64,000 nucleotides of DNA, taken from contig NC_058368.1 of NCBI RefSeq assembly GCF_018350175.1, positions 57,290,001 through 57,354,000 on the forward strand, read 5' to 3'. This stretch comes from Felis catus. Lineage: Eukaryota. Positions 40,492 through 54,000 of this stretch are shown here, piece by piece. The notes under the pieces are model-generated. The model saw only the letters and a program-made list of their open reading frames with translations, made no database searches and was not told the origin of the DNA. Positions within the stretch are counted from its first letter, which is position 1; the number at the start of each line of letters is the position of its first letter. Position numbers and translations under genes: made by a program.

Positions 40492-40818
40492 TAATTTTTA
40501 AATCAGTTATTCACATACCTTAAAGAAGCACCTACTTCCGCAAAGGTTTTTAAAACAAACAATGAATGGTCTCCAGAATGGCTTCCCTTTTCAATGACCC
40601 GCATTTCATTTAGGTGATTTAGTATTTACCTCCTATCTCCAGTTTAGTTGGATTTAGTACATTTTTATTTTTTTGTTTTTAGAAATCATCTCTTAAACTG
40701 ACATTATTTATATTTAAACCCAAAATTTCCACAAAGTCTAAAGTTTAGAAATGATAAAAATGCCTACTTCATAGTTAAAAATATTTTTGCAGTTTTATTT
40801 TTTATTTTTGGAAAATAT

Positions 40819-40821
<3 letters not shown>

Positions 40822-40855
<34 letters not shown>
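40822..40855. repeat. (CA)n microsatellite
   Basis: Directly visible. Confidence 0.97.
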
Positions 40856-40857
<2 letters not shown>

Positions 40858-42725
40858 CAGAATAATATTAATTCCTGAACACTTCATGCTGACATTTGGA
40901 GTTTTGAATAAACAGTTTTCAATGGTCGTGATCTAAGATGCATGAAAGTGAGATAATAGTTTAAAGCCACAGGTCCATTTCAAAACTGAATTTTCACTAA
41001 ATGTCACCGTACAGTTCTCTGCCATTTTTCTAGAATGAGTGTATTGGTTCCAGGAAGGAAAATATATTTATGGAAAATCATACCCAGTAACTCAAGGGTA
41101 ATGTTGTGCTGGCTTTTAACCTGAAAGATCTCTATCCTGCTGCACATTCCCCTTTGTAATTTAAATGCAACCAAGTGCATATAACAAAGAAGTAAAGTCT
41201 CCTGTAAAATTGTCTAAATTTACTTGGTTTGAAGCTTATGCATAAGTAGTTACAGCACTTTACATGTGGGTAACAACAACAACAAAAAAACTTAAAACAA
41301 TCAAATTTCCAGTGAGAAAAATATAGCATTATGCTGTCAAAGCAAGGGGATTCTGGTCTGTATATATATGTGTGAGTGTGTGAGTGTGTGAGTGTGTGTG
41401 TGTGTTTTGTATTTCTACAATAATTGCGTTGCATTATATTGTTTATGCACTGTATTTCTACAGTAAGTGTGCGATACTTTTAAAATTGGAAACAGTATAT
41501 AGATATTTTTAGACACACTGAGAAAATCTATGGATATTTCATAAGAAAATATTCAGTAGGTTTTGGATATATGGATTTAAATTCTCAGAGATGAAAAGTC
41601 ATCTTGAATATTCCATTCCCAATATACAAGATGTAAAGAACCACATCTCTAGTTAGTTGTAAGGCCAAGCCAAGTTGGCCCAGCCATCTCATCATCCAAG
41701 CCACTTTAGCTGAGGTGTCAAACATCACAAAGCACATATGCCATTCTTTCTTTTTCTAGAGGAGAAGAATCTAAAGACAAAACAAAACAAAAACAAACTG
41801 CACAAACTCTCATTTTTCCTTTTCTGGTTTCTGGAGAGCCATTGGTGACTATTTGCCTCTTCTGAAATAATGGAATGTTAACTAATCACTTTTAACAGAG
41901 TTACTTCTTCAAAATATTAAACTCCTTGTAAAATATACTCCTTTAACAACCAAAACTATGGTTTTGGTATTCTAGGTTAGCATTAAATAATACCAGTCCT
42001 ATTAAACCAAAATATCAGTCATGTTAAAACCAAAACCACACTTGAGTATATGAAGGGGTATAGACTGTTTCTTAATCTGGATACTGATTAAATGTGTATA
42101 CTTCTGGTAGGGGTTCATTATTCTGTACCCCTAATCAGTTACATAATTTTCTCTCTGTATATTGTATTAAATAAAGTGTTCAATAAACAGTTCATATGAT
42201 TTGCTCTAAGCAACATGGTTAAATTTTTTTTCATATAAAAAGACAAAACAAAGAGTGAAAACCTCTTGTTTCTGCCTTATATCCTTGCCCTACCCTAGTA
42301 TTTCTCTCCAAAATGATTTATTTTAAAAATTGGTGTGCTTCCTTCTACAAAAAGGACACCTTAGCCATCAATCTAATACTTACACCTAACTCCATATCTA
42401 TCCACTAGTTTGATTTATACACAATGGGTGATAATATATTGATACATTTTTTTGTATCTTACTTTTTACTTTTTTTGTTTGTTTAAATATCTTCCTAACC
42501 TTCTACAGCATAGTCATTCTTTAAAATAACATTTCATCAAATGACTATACCATAATTTATTTAATTGGTCCTCTGTTGAGAGTCTTTTGGGTTGACTCCA
42601 GATTTTGTCCAATATAAACAATAATTCACCACAATTAACTTGAATTAAGCAATTAAGCTTATGGAGGCAAATACACTCAACAACTCTTGGTTTGCCAGTG
42701 AAAAAAATATGGTTTTTAAAATTTT

Positions 42726-43085
42726 TGTTGTGGACTGAATGAGTCCCCCGCCAATTTCATATGTTGAAATTCTAATCCCAATATGATGGCATTTGAAGAT
42801 GAGATCTCTGGGAGGTAATTATGTCATAAGAGTAGAACCATCATGAATGCAATTAGTGCCTTTATAAGCAGAGGCCAGAGAGCTAGCTAGCTCTCTTTCA
42901 GGCATGAGAGGTCACAGAAAGAAGACAGTTGTCTGTCTGGAGACCAGTGATAGAGCCAAACCAAGAACCAGATTACACTGGCACACTGATGTGGGACTTT
43001 CAGGCTCCAGAACTATGTGACATAAATGTTTTTAAACCACCCAGTCTATGGTAATTTGTTATAGTAGCCCAAATTGACTAAGACC
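42726..43085 (+). mobile_element. MaLR solo LTR (MLT1A/MST-like)
   Basis: tgttgtggactgaat...ttcatatgttgaaattctaatccc ... gttatagtagcccaaattgactaagac; near-TSD atttt/gtttt. Confidence 0.9.
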
Positions 43086-44944
43086 GTTTTCATTCTTAAA
43101 ATTGGATATTCAAAGTCTTCACTATTTTTAACGTTTTAAAATCTTTTTGTCTTTTAAATATTGATATATTTTGTCTGGTTTCCCAATGAGTTGACTGTGG
43201 TATATTTCCTGATTTATATCAGCTCTGAATTAGATTTAAAAAATGAGAATTCTCATTGTCTTGTTTTCTCAGTTTGTTATAATCTGATAAATTATTTTAT
43301 GTAGCATTTAAAATATTTATATAGTTATATATGTCTATATTTCATTTATAATTTATGAAGTGTGGTACTTAGAAAAGTCTCTTGAACTAAGTGAGCCAGG
43401 AGAACCTTGCAGAGTCCTGTCTTTAGGCTCATATTTGTTTCCCAGATTATAATTGTTCCTTATTTAAAGAAAATAAACAAAGAAAACAAAGCAAACTGAA
43501 GTAAATAAGCTATAGCTTTTTTTCTGTATAGCTGGGTACTTTAAGCCTTGATATTCAAATCTTAAGAGATGTTCGTGCAGGATGCAACAAAAAGTATCTC
43601 ATACTTTGCAGAATTATATCTTTTTCTCTCTTCAGAAGTATTATACAAGTGTAATCTTTCAGAGATTAGGAAAAGTTATCTTTATGAACAATACTTAAAG
43701 GAGCAAAGTAGTGCAATTGGCCCTAATTGTACCATATTCCAGTCATTAACAAAGAGGCAAATATCTCAAGTTGGGGGCAGAAAGGTAGAAAACTGTTTAG
43801 GTACTTTAAAAAAGTGACACAATAAAGTCTCACTTTTATCAGAATGTGAAAACAACATAAATGCATCCAATGTGTTTATTATTCCGATTAAAAATAAAAA
43901 ATCCCCCTAATATTTGTATTTGTAAGTTTTAAGTGTTGCTCACTCTACAATTAAGCCAAGCTTTAATCAGGAACTGGATAAAAAAAGGGGCTTCCCTCCT
44001 TTCCAAGGAAAAGATTTCCTAATAAATAGTGTTCTAATAAACACAATTTATTCTAATTTTTATGTTCTTGTTTTTGTTATTAGAACTTGATTTATGTGGA
44101 AATTATTTTTGTAATAAAGGATAAATATACCTTGGCACACACACACACATGAACACATACACATAACCTGCTTCCAGTATGAATCATTTTCATTTCCTCA
44201 CTGACTTAAAATGCCACTTTTATTGTGGACTAAATTTCATGCATATTTTGGTGTTATTTCTGAACTCCTGCCTGTACTCTTCATCTATATGTTTTGATGA
44301 CAGTAACAAAGTGTTAATTATCCTAGCTTTCATCTTTAGTATCTGTTAAGATTATTTTACCTCATTACACTTTTTAAAATACTTTTCCTGACTAGTTTAC
44401 CATATTTATTTTATCAGATAAATTTGAGTTTCACTTTAGTAAGTAAAATGAATTCTGTCCTGCTGCTATTTTAATTATATTTCAATTAAATTTATAGATT
44501 AATTTAAGGGATTTTTATATCTTTACAATTTGAGTTTTCTTATCCAGAAACACATTATGGTTTTCCTTTTAATTTAATCCTTTTTATGTCTTTCAGTAGA
44601 TATTGCTATTTTCTCTCTCTCCTTCTCTCTCATGTTTCTGTATATATAAACATAAATACAGATGTAGATCTATAGATGCTAAACAATTCTTACAAATTTT
44701 ATACATACTTTTGTTAGTACTGTAACAGATTTGTTTGCTGTCATATCTGCTGGTTTTATTTACAGTAAGCAAAAGTGATTTATTTTTATACGTTAATTTT
44801 ATAACATGCCATTTTAGTGATATTTTATTTTTATAAAGAGCTTTTTACTTTTTTTTTTCCTTTGGATGATTCCTATGTGTTTTGCATTCAAGTAATTGAA
44901 TTGTCTCCATATTTTTCTTTCTGGCCTATTGTTTCATCTTATCA

Positions 44945-45151
44945 TTATTATTATTGTTTTATTTTTTTAGGGAGAGAGAAAGCAGGAGAGCATGAGCAGA
45001 CAAAAGGGGCACAGGGAGAGAGACATAATCTTAAGCAGGCTCCAGGCTCAGCATAGAGCCCAATGTGGGACTTGATTCCATGACCCTGGGATCATGATCT
45101 GAGCCGAAATCAAGAGCTAGATACTCAGCCAGCTGAGCCAGACAGGTGCCC
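44945..45151 (-). mobile_element. Older Can-SINE
   Basis: Diverged SINE body; flanking repeat tggcctatt. Confidence 0.9.
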
Positions 45152-46440
45152 ATGGCCTATTATTAAAGCTGATATTTTAACTAATCACATTGGCTAGTAC
45201 CACTAACATAAGTAAAATAATATTAGTTATAGTCAGAAAAATTAACTGTGTTTTTCTTTAAGCATTTCTACATTTACATATAATATAGTTGATAATATTA
45301 GTCAAATTAATGGATATTTATACACATGTATGCGATGTATTAAAAATATAGATATTTATATTCCTTATTCAACTTCTATAAATTAAATATGAATGTTCTC
45401 TTAGTCAATTGCCTTAAAAAAACTTGATTTTTTAAAGCGGTTTTAAGTTCACAGTAAAATTGAGAGAAGCATACAGAAATGTCTCATATGCTCTTGCCCC
45501 AACACATGTGTAGACTCTCCCATTATCAACATCCCCCACCAGACTGGTATCTGTTACAATTGATGAACCCACATTGATACATCAAAATCACCCAAAGTGC
45601 ATAGTTTATCCAAAATTTCACTCTTGGTGCTGTGCATTCCATGGGTTGGGACAAGTGTATAACATGTATCCATCTTTATAGTGTTATAGGAGTAATTTTA
45701 CTGCCCTAAAATTTCTCTTTCCTCTATTTATTCTTCCCTGACCTGCACCTCTGGAAACCACTAATCTTTCTACTGTCAACATGGTTTGCCTCTTCCAAAA
45801 TGTCGTATAGTTGGAATCATACAGTATGTAGACTTTTCAGATTGTCTTCTTTCACTTTATAATATGCAGTTAATGTTACTCCATGTCTTCTCATGCCCTG
45901 ATAGCTCATTTCTTCTTAAGACTGAATAATATCGCCTTGTACGATGTACCACAGTTTATTCACTATTCATTTATTGAAGGACTTCTTTATTGTTTTCACA
46001 TTTGGCAATTAAGAATAAATTTACTATAAACATCTGCATATAGGTTTTTTGAGGACACATATGTTCATCTCTTTGGGGTAAATACCAAAGAGTGCAATTA
46101 CTGGATCTTATGCTCAAAATATGTTTAATTTTGTAAGAAACCACCCAAGTGTCTTCCAAAGTGTCTGTCCATTTGCATTCCCACCAGCAGTGAGTGAGAG
46201 TTCCTGTGGCTACATATCCTTGCTAACATTTGGTGTTGTCAATGTTCTGGATTTTGCCCATTAATAGGTCTCTCGTGGTATCTCATTTCAATTTCTATTT
46301 CCCTGAAGATATATTATGGAGAATCCTTTCATATGCTTATTTGTGATCCATATATCTTTTTTGTGATGTGTGTTAAGGTCCTGGAGTCACTTTTTAATTT
46401 GGTCATCTGTTACATTGTTGAGTTTTAAGAATTCTTTGCA

Positions 46441-46661
46441 GGGGCGCCTGGGTGGCGCAGTCGGTTAAGTGTCCGACTTCAGCCAGGTCACGATCTTGCG
46501 GTCCGTGAGTTCGAGCCCCGCGTCGGGCTCTGGGCTGATGGCTCAGAGCCTGGAGCCTCTTTCCGATTCTGTGTCTCCCTCTCTCTCTGTCCCTCCCGCG
46601 TTCATGCTCTATCTCTCTGTCCCAAAAATAAATAAACTTTGAAAAAAAAATTAAAAAAAAA
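46441..46661 (+). mobile_element. Young felid Can-SINE
   Basis: TSD aattctttgca (46430-46440 and 46662-46672). Confidence 0.97.
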
Positions 46662-47483
46662 AATTCTTTGCATATTATTTTGGATAACAGTCCTTTATCA
46701 GATGTTCCTTTCGTAAATATTTTTCCCAGTCTATAGTTTGTCTTCTCATTTTCTTGACATTGTCTTTGGAAGAACAGAAGTTTTTCTAATTTTAATGAAG
46801 TTCAGTTTATCAGTATCTCTTTCATGAATCATGCCTTTGATGCTGTATCAGAAACGTTCTTGCCATACCCAAGGCCATCTAAGTTTTCTCCTATCTCATC
46901 TTCCAGAAATTTTATACTTTTACATTTTACATATAGGGTGTGATACATTTGGAGTTAATTTTCATGAAGGATGTAAGGTCTCTGTATAGATTCATCTTTA
47001 TGCATGTGGATGTCCAGATTTTCTTCATCATTTGTTGAAAAGACTATCTTTGCTCTATTGTATTGCCTTTGTTCCTTTGTTAAAATCAGTTCACTATATT
47101 TATTTGACTCTAATTCTGGGCTCTCTGTTCTGTTTCATTCATCTATTTGTCCTCCTTTAGTCACTCCCATATTGTCTTGATAATTGTGGCTTTATAGTAA
47201 ATCTTGACATTGTGTAGTGTCAGTCCTCCAGTTTAGTTCTACTTCAATATTGAAGACTATTTTGGGTCTTTTGGTTCTTCATATAAACTTTAGAATCAGT
47301 TTGTGGAATATAAAAAAACTTTTGAGGATTCTGATTGGGATTGCATTAAATCTGCAGATCAAGTTGGAAAAAACTGAAATCTTGTTAATATTGTCTCCCT
47401 ATCCATGGACATGGAATAGCTATTTATATAGTTTTTTCTTTGATTTCTCTCATCCGTTTTGTAGTTTTCCTCATTTTATCACT

Positions 47484-47730
47484 TTTTAATTTTAATTTTA
47501 TTTTTTTAAAACCTTATTTATTTTTTAGAAAGAGACAGAGTGTGAATGGGGGAGGAGCAGAGACAGAGTGGGGGAGGAGCAGAGACAGAGGGAGACACAG
47601 AATCCGAAGCAGACTCCAGGCTCTGAGCTGTCAGCACAGAACCTGATGCAGGGTTTGAACTCACAAACTGCGAGTTCATGACCTGAGCTGAAGTAGGATG
47701 CTTAACTGACTGAGTCACCCAGGTGCCCCT
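47484..47730 (-). mobile_element. Can-SINE with 22-bp internal tandem duplication
   Basis: tgggggaggagcagagacagag twice (47547-47590). Confidence 0.96.
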
Positions 47731-48699
47731 CTTAAAATTTTTATTAAATACAAACCTATTTCTTATTTTCTTAGATGGGAGTATAAATAGTATTGAGTTT
47801 TTAATTTCCAATTCTCCTTGTTTGTTGCTGGTATATAAGGAAGTGACTAAATTTTATATATTAACCTTGAATCTTGTAAGCTTATGGTAATTTCTTATTA
47901 GTTCTAGGAGGTTTTTTGTTGTTGTTGTTGTTGATCCTTTCAGATTTTCTACATCAGAATCGTGTCATCCATGACCAAAGATGGTTTTATTTCTTTCTTT
48001 CCCAATCTGTATATGTTTTATGCATTTTCTTATTTTTATATGCATTAGCAAGAACTTCCATTATGAAAAAGAATTGTCAGAAACATCTTTACTTTGTAGG
48101 TGATTTTAATGAGAAAGTTTCACATTTTTCACTGTTAAGTATAATGTTAACTATAGATTTTACAGATATTCTTTATCAACTTGAGAAGAATTCCCTCTAT
48201 TTTTCAGTTTATTGAGAGTTTTTATTTTTTTTTATAATTACAGACAATCTTAGGGTTATTACTGGAATTTCATCAAAACTATAGCTTCACTTGGAAGGAT
48301 TGCATACTTTCACCTGACCCCTGACCATCATATGTTTGCATATTTATTTCAGAGTTTTTACATGTCTTTTGTTAAAGTTTCATAGCATATTTCATAAATG
48401 GCTTCTATATTTTTTCTTATAATTATTATGTGTTTTATGTTGTTATTTTATACGTCTTTGTAAATGGTATTTTTAACTGTTGCAGGAATACAGACATCCA
48501 ACAAAGTTTGGTCTACTGAATTTCTTTTCAGCTATTTTGAAAAATTGTCTTAATAACTCCATAAATTATCAATGGGGTTTCTGCTTTTTTAAAGTAGGTA
48601 TCATGTGACTTGGAAAAATGATAGAATTTTTTTTTTCTTTTCATGTCTTTTAGATTTTCCTTCTTTTTTTTGGTTTCTTCCTTGTCGTTTTTCTTCCTT

Positions 48700-48760
48700 G
48701 TCTTTCTCTTTTTCCTTTTCTCTTCCTCCTTTCCTTCTTTCCTTCCTTCCTTCCTTCCTT
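48700..48760. repeat. CT-rich / (TTCC)n low-complexity tract
   Basis: Directly visible. Confidence 0.85.
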
Positions 48761-49239
48761 ACTTCTTATTCTAGTCAGTATTTGCATACAATACTTGTAT
48801 ACACATATTGAATAGCATTGGCTACAATAGACATCCACATCTTGCTATTTTGAAAAAGCATGTTTTTAGTGTTTCATAATTAATTTTGCTATTTGCAATA
48901 AATTTTTGAAAATTCTGTTTATCAAGTTAAAGAAATCTCCTATTTCTGGTTTATTAAGAGTTCATGTTAATGGATATAGAGATTTATCTGTATTTTTTCT
49001 ATATTTGTTATGGTCATTATATGATTTTAATCCTTTAGTTTACTTATGAAATCTTATCTTTCTTACCTACAGTTTTTATCATGGGTTAGTATCAATATTA
49101 TAGTAGCTTAATAAAATAAGTTGAATAGTGTTCCCTCTTATACACTGGAATAATTTTTATACAACTAAAATTATTTATTATTTGAATGTTTGGCTAATTG
49201 AGGATTTTAGGCCTACAGTTTTCAATTAAAAAAAAAACA

Positions 49240-50130
49240 GGGGAGAGAAGGGGGGAAGATGGCGGTGTAGGAGGGTGCTGGGCTCACCTCATCTTGCTGA
49301 TCACTTAGATTCCACCCATATCTGCCTAAATAACCCAGAAAACTGCCAGAAGACTAGCAGAACAGACTCTCCAGAGCCAAGCGTAGACAAGAGGCCCATA
49401 GAGGAGGGTAGTAAGGGTGGAGAGGCAGTGTGCACTACACAGACTGGCGGGAGGGAGCCGAGGCAGTGGAGGGGAGGCACGCCCAGCAAGGCAGAGCCCC
49501 TAAGTCTGGCTTGCAAAAGCAGAGGGGCCGGACTGTATGAGTTGTGACAGCCAGCGGGACTTAACATCTGGAATGTTATAAGTCAACAGCTCTGGTCAGA
49601 GAGAGGGAGGGTGAGAAGACACCGGGAGGGAGAGGTGTTGAGCCCTGGAAGATAGAGCTCAGCTGGCGGGGAACAAAGGCGCTGGCCAGAACCATCTCCC
49701 TCTCCCATCCCCCAGCCAAAATCTCAAAAGGCACCAGTCCTGTCACTGAACTTGCTTGCACTGGGCAAACATCCAAAGCTTTGCTTCTGTGGATCCATCC
49801 CTCCAACAGGTCTGCCTCCCTCCTGGTGCTGTAGGGCCACTCCCGCAGGGGACCACTGATGGCAAAGTGAGCTAAGCCTGCCCTTCCCATCCCTGTGCAC
49901 TTGCAGATCCACCCCAGCTAATACGCCAGATCCTATCAAAGCAGCACTACAAGCCTGGCAGTGTGCAAGTAGCCCAGACAGAGGCCACACCACTCCACAG
50001 TGAGTCCTGGCCCTGGGAGAGAGGAAGATAAGGTACACACCAATCTGACTGTGGCCCAGCCGTGGGCTGGGGACAGACATCAGGTCTGACTGCGGCCCTG
50101 CCCACCAACACAAGTTACTCCCAACAGCAC
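49240..50130 (+). promoter_or_regulatory. L1 5'UTR internal promoter region
   Basis: aagatggcgg YY1-like motif at ~49256; most GC-rich segment of the window; activity not shown. Confidence 0.6.
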
Positions 50131-50134
50131 AAAG

Positions 50135-50968
50135 TGATCAAAAGCAATTTAAGCAATATAATGGAACCAGAATTTAGAATAATAGTCATAAAATTAATCG
50201 CTGGGCTTGAAAAAAGTATAGAGGACAGCAGAGAATCTATTGCTACAGAGATCAAGGGACTAGGCAATAGTCATGAGGAGCTTAAAAATGTTATAAATGA
50301 GGTGCAAAATAAAATGGAGGTGACCACACCTAGGATTGAAGAGGCAGAGGAGAGAATAGGTGAATTAGAAGATAAAATTATGGAAAAAGAGGAAGCTGAG
50401 AAAAAGAGAGATAAAAAAATCCAGGAGGATGAGGGGAGAATTACAAAACTAAGTGATGCAATCAAATGGAACAATATCCAATTCATAGGAATTCCAGAAG
50501 AGGAAGAGAGAGAGAGAAAGGGGCTGATGTGTACTTGAACAAATCATAGCTGAGAACTTCCCTGATCCGAGGAAGGAAAAAGGCATTGACATCCAAGAGA
50601 CACAGAGAACTCCCTTCACACATAAGTTGAATCAATCTTCTACATGACATATAACAGTGAAACTGGCAAAGTACAAGGATAAAGAGAAAATTCTGAAAGC
50701 AGGTAGGGATAAACATGTTCTAACACATAAAGGGAGACCTATAAGACTAGTGGCAGATCTATCTACTGAAACTTGGCAGGCCAGAAAGGAATGGCAGGAA
50801 ATCTTCAATGTGATGAACAGAAAAAATAGGCACTTGAGAATTCTTTATCCAGCAAGTCTGTCATTCAGAATAGAAGAAGAGATAAAGGTCTTCCCAAACA
50901 CACAAAAACTGAAGGAATTCATCACCACTAAACCAGCCCTATAAGAGATCCTAAAGGGGATTCTGTGA
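50135..50968 (+). pseudogene. L1 ORF1p remnant
   Basis: Coiled-coil RIEEAEERIGELEDK, NNIQFIGIPEEEE, ILYPASLSFRIE, KLKEFITTKPAL; frameshift ~50515, stop ~50942, no native start. Confidence 0.93.
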
Positions 50969-51036
50969 GTGAAATGTTGCAAGGACCACAAAGTACCAGA
51001 GACATCACTACAAGCATGAAACCTACACACATCAAA

Positions 51037-54000
51037 ATGACTCTAAACCCATATCTTTCAATAATAACACTGAATGCAAATGGACTAAATTCTCCAACGA
51101 AAAGACATAGGGTATCAGAATGCACAAAAAAAACAAGACCATCTATTTGCTGTCTACAAGAGACTCATTTTAGACCTGAGGACACCTTCAAATTGAAAGT
51201 GAGGTGATGGAGAACTATCTAGCATGCTACTGGAAGTCAAAAGAAAGCTGGAATAGCCATACTTATATCAGACAAACTAGAGTTTAAAATAAAGGCTATA
51301 ACAAGAGATGAAGAAGGGCATTATATAATAATTACAGGGTATATCCATCAGGAAGAGCTAGCAATTATAGATCTCTATGCACCAAATACAGGAGCCCCCA
51401 AATATATAAAACAATTAATCACAAACATAAGCAACCTTACTGGTAAACATGTGGTAATTGCAGGGTACTTTAATAATCTACTTACAACAATGGATAGATT
51501 ATCTAGACACAGGATCAATAAAGAAACAAGGGTCCTGAATGATACATTGGATCAGATGGACTTGACAGATATATTTAGAACTCTGCATCCCAAAGCAACA
51601 GAATATATTTTCTTCTCGAGTGCACATGGAACATTCTCCAAGAAAGATTACATACTGGGTCACAAAACAGCCCTTCATAAGTACAAAAGTACTGAGATCA
51701 TACCATGCACACTTTCAGACCACAATGCTATGAAGCTTGAAATCAACCACAGGAAAAAGTCTGGAAAACCTCCAAAAGCATGGAGGTCAAAGAACACCCT
51801 ACTAAAGAATGAATGGGTCAACCAGGCAATTAGAGAAGAAATTAAAAAATATATGGAAACAAACAAAAATGAAAATACAACAATTCAAATGCATTGGGAA
51901 GCAGCAAAGGCATTCCTGAGAGGAAAATACATTGCAATCCAGTCCTATCTCAAGAAACAAGAAAAATCCCAAATACAAAATCTAACAGCACACCTAAAGG
52001 AAATAGAAGCAGAACAGGAAAGACACCCCAAACCCAGAAGAAGAGAAATAATAAAGATCAGAGCAGAAATAAACAATATAGAATCTAAAAAATCTGTAGA
52101 GCAGATCAATGAAACCAAGAGTTGGTTTTTTGAAAATATAAACAAAATTGATAAACCTCTAGCCAGGCATCTCAAAAAGAAAAGGGAGATGACTCAAATA
52201 GATAAAATCATGAATGAAAATGGAATTACTACAACCAATCCTTCAGAAATACAAGCAATTATCAGGGAATACTATGAAAAATTATATGCCAACAAACTGG
52301 ACAACCTGGAAGAAATGGACAAATTCCTAAGCACCCACACACTTCTAAAACACAAACAGGAAGAAATAGAAAACTTGAACAGACCCATAACCAGCAAATC
52401 AATTGAATTAGTTATCAAAAATATACCAACAAATAAGAGTCCAGGACCAGATGGCTTCCCAGGGGAATTACACCAGACATTTAAAGCAGAGATAATACCT
52501 ATCCTTCTCAAGCTGTTCCAAAAAACAGAAAGGGAAGGAAAACTTCCAGACTCATTCTATGAAGCCAGCATTACTTTGATCCCGAAACCAGACAGAGACC
52601 CAGCAAAAAAAGAGTACAGGCCAATATCCCTGATGAATATGGATGCAAAAATTCTCAACAAGATACTAGCAAATCAAATTCAACAGCATATAAAAAGAAT
52701 TATTCACCATGAACAAGTGGGATTCCTTCCTGGGATGCAGGGCTGGTTCAACATTTGCAAATCAATCAATGTGATACATCACATTAATTAAAGAAAGATA
52801 AGAACCATATGATCCTGTCAATCGATGCAGAAAAACCATTTGACAAAATTCAGCATCCTTTCTTAATAAAAGCCCTCGAGAAAGTTGGGATAGAAGGAAC
52901 ATACTTAAATATCATAAAAGTCCACAGCTAATATCATCCTCAATGGGGAAAAACTGAAAGCTTTCTCCATGAGATCAGGAACACGACAGGGATGTCCACT
53001 CTCACTGCTGTTGTTTAACATAGTGTTGGAAGTTCTAGCATCAGCAATCAGACAACAAAAGGAAATCAAAGGCATCAAAATTGGCAAGGATGATGTCAAG
53101 CTTTCACTTTTTGCAGATGACATGATACTATATATGGAAAACCCAAAAGACTCCACCAAAAGTCTGCTAGAACTGATACATGAATTCAGCAAAGTTGCAG
53201 GATACAAAATCAATGTACAGAAATCAGTTGCATTCTTACACACTAAAAATGAAGCAACAGAAAGACAAATAAAGTAACTGATCCCATTCACAATTGCACC
53301 AAGAAGCATAAAATACCTAGGAATAACCTAACCAAAGATGTAAAAGATCTGTATGCTGAAAACTATAGAAAGCTTATGAAGGAAATTGAAGAAGATAGAA
53401 AGAAATGGAAAAACATTCCGTGCTCATGGGTTGCAAGAATAAATATTGTTAAAATGTCAATACTACCCAAAGCTATCTACACATTCAATGCAATCCCAAT
53501 CAAAATTGCACCACCATTCTTCTTGAAGCTAGAACAAGCAATCCTAAAATTTGTATGGAACCACAAAAGACCCCAAATAGCCAAAGTAACTTTGAAGAAG
53601 AAGACCAAAGCAGGAGGCATCACAATCCCAGACTTTAGCCTCTACTACAAAGCTGTCATGATCAAGACAGCATGGTATTGGCACAAAAACAGACACATAG
53701 ACCAATGGAATAGAATAGAGACTCAAGAATTGGACCCACAAAATATGGCCAACTAATATTTGACAAAGCAGGAAAGAATATCCAATGGAAAAAAGACAGT
53801 CCCTTTAACAAATGGTGCTGGGAGAACTGGACAGCAACATGCAGAAGGATGAAACTAGACTACTTTCTTACACCATTCACAAAACAAACAAACAAACAAA
53901 CAAACAAACAAACAAACAAACAAAAAAAACCTCAAAATGGATAAAGGACCTGACTGTGAGACAGGAAACCATCAAAACCCTAGAGGAGAAAGCAGGAAAA

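Larger units (their letters stand above)
42230..45420 (-). mobile_element. Highly degenerate old L1 (L1ME-like) segments
   Basis: T-rich antisense L1-like text in pieces (42230-42700, 43090-43390, 44050-45420); appears to continue at 48240-49220 and 55390-56170. Confidence 0.55.
45425..48230 (-). mobile_element. L1MC-like LINE (3' UTR plus 3' ORF2), interrupted by two SINEs
   Basis: 3' end gcggttttaagttcacagtaaaattgag...cccattatcaacatcccccaccaga; continuous antisense ORF2-like sequence. Confidence 0.85.

Noticed and set aside
39562..40518. ttattcac(t/a)tac as TSD of the RPL6 retrocopy
   Set aside because: Low-complexity AT context and the right copy is offset ~15 bp from the 5' end; not convincing
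49301..50113. Antisense ORFs in the L1 5'UTR as an ORF0 analogue
   Set aside because: ORF0 is described for primate L1; ORFs of this length are expected in GC-rich sequence and there is no evidence of conservation
51451..52791. 446-aa ORF as a functional or domesticated gene
   Set aside because: A stop-free stretch of a decayed L1 ORF2 with a GTG start, lacking the endonuclease N-terminus and the RT catalytic core
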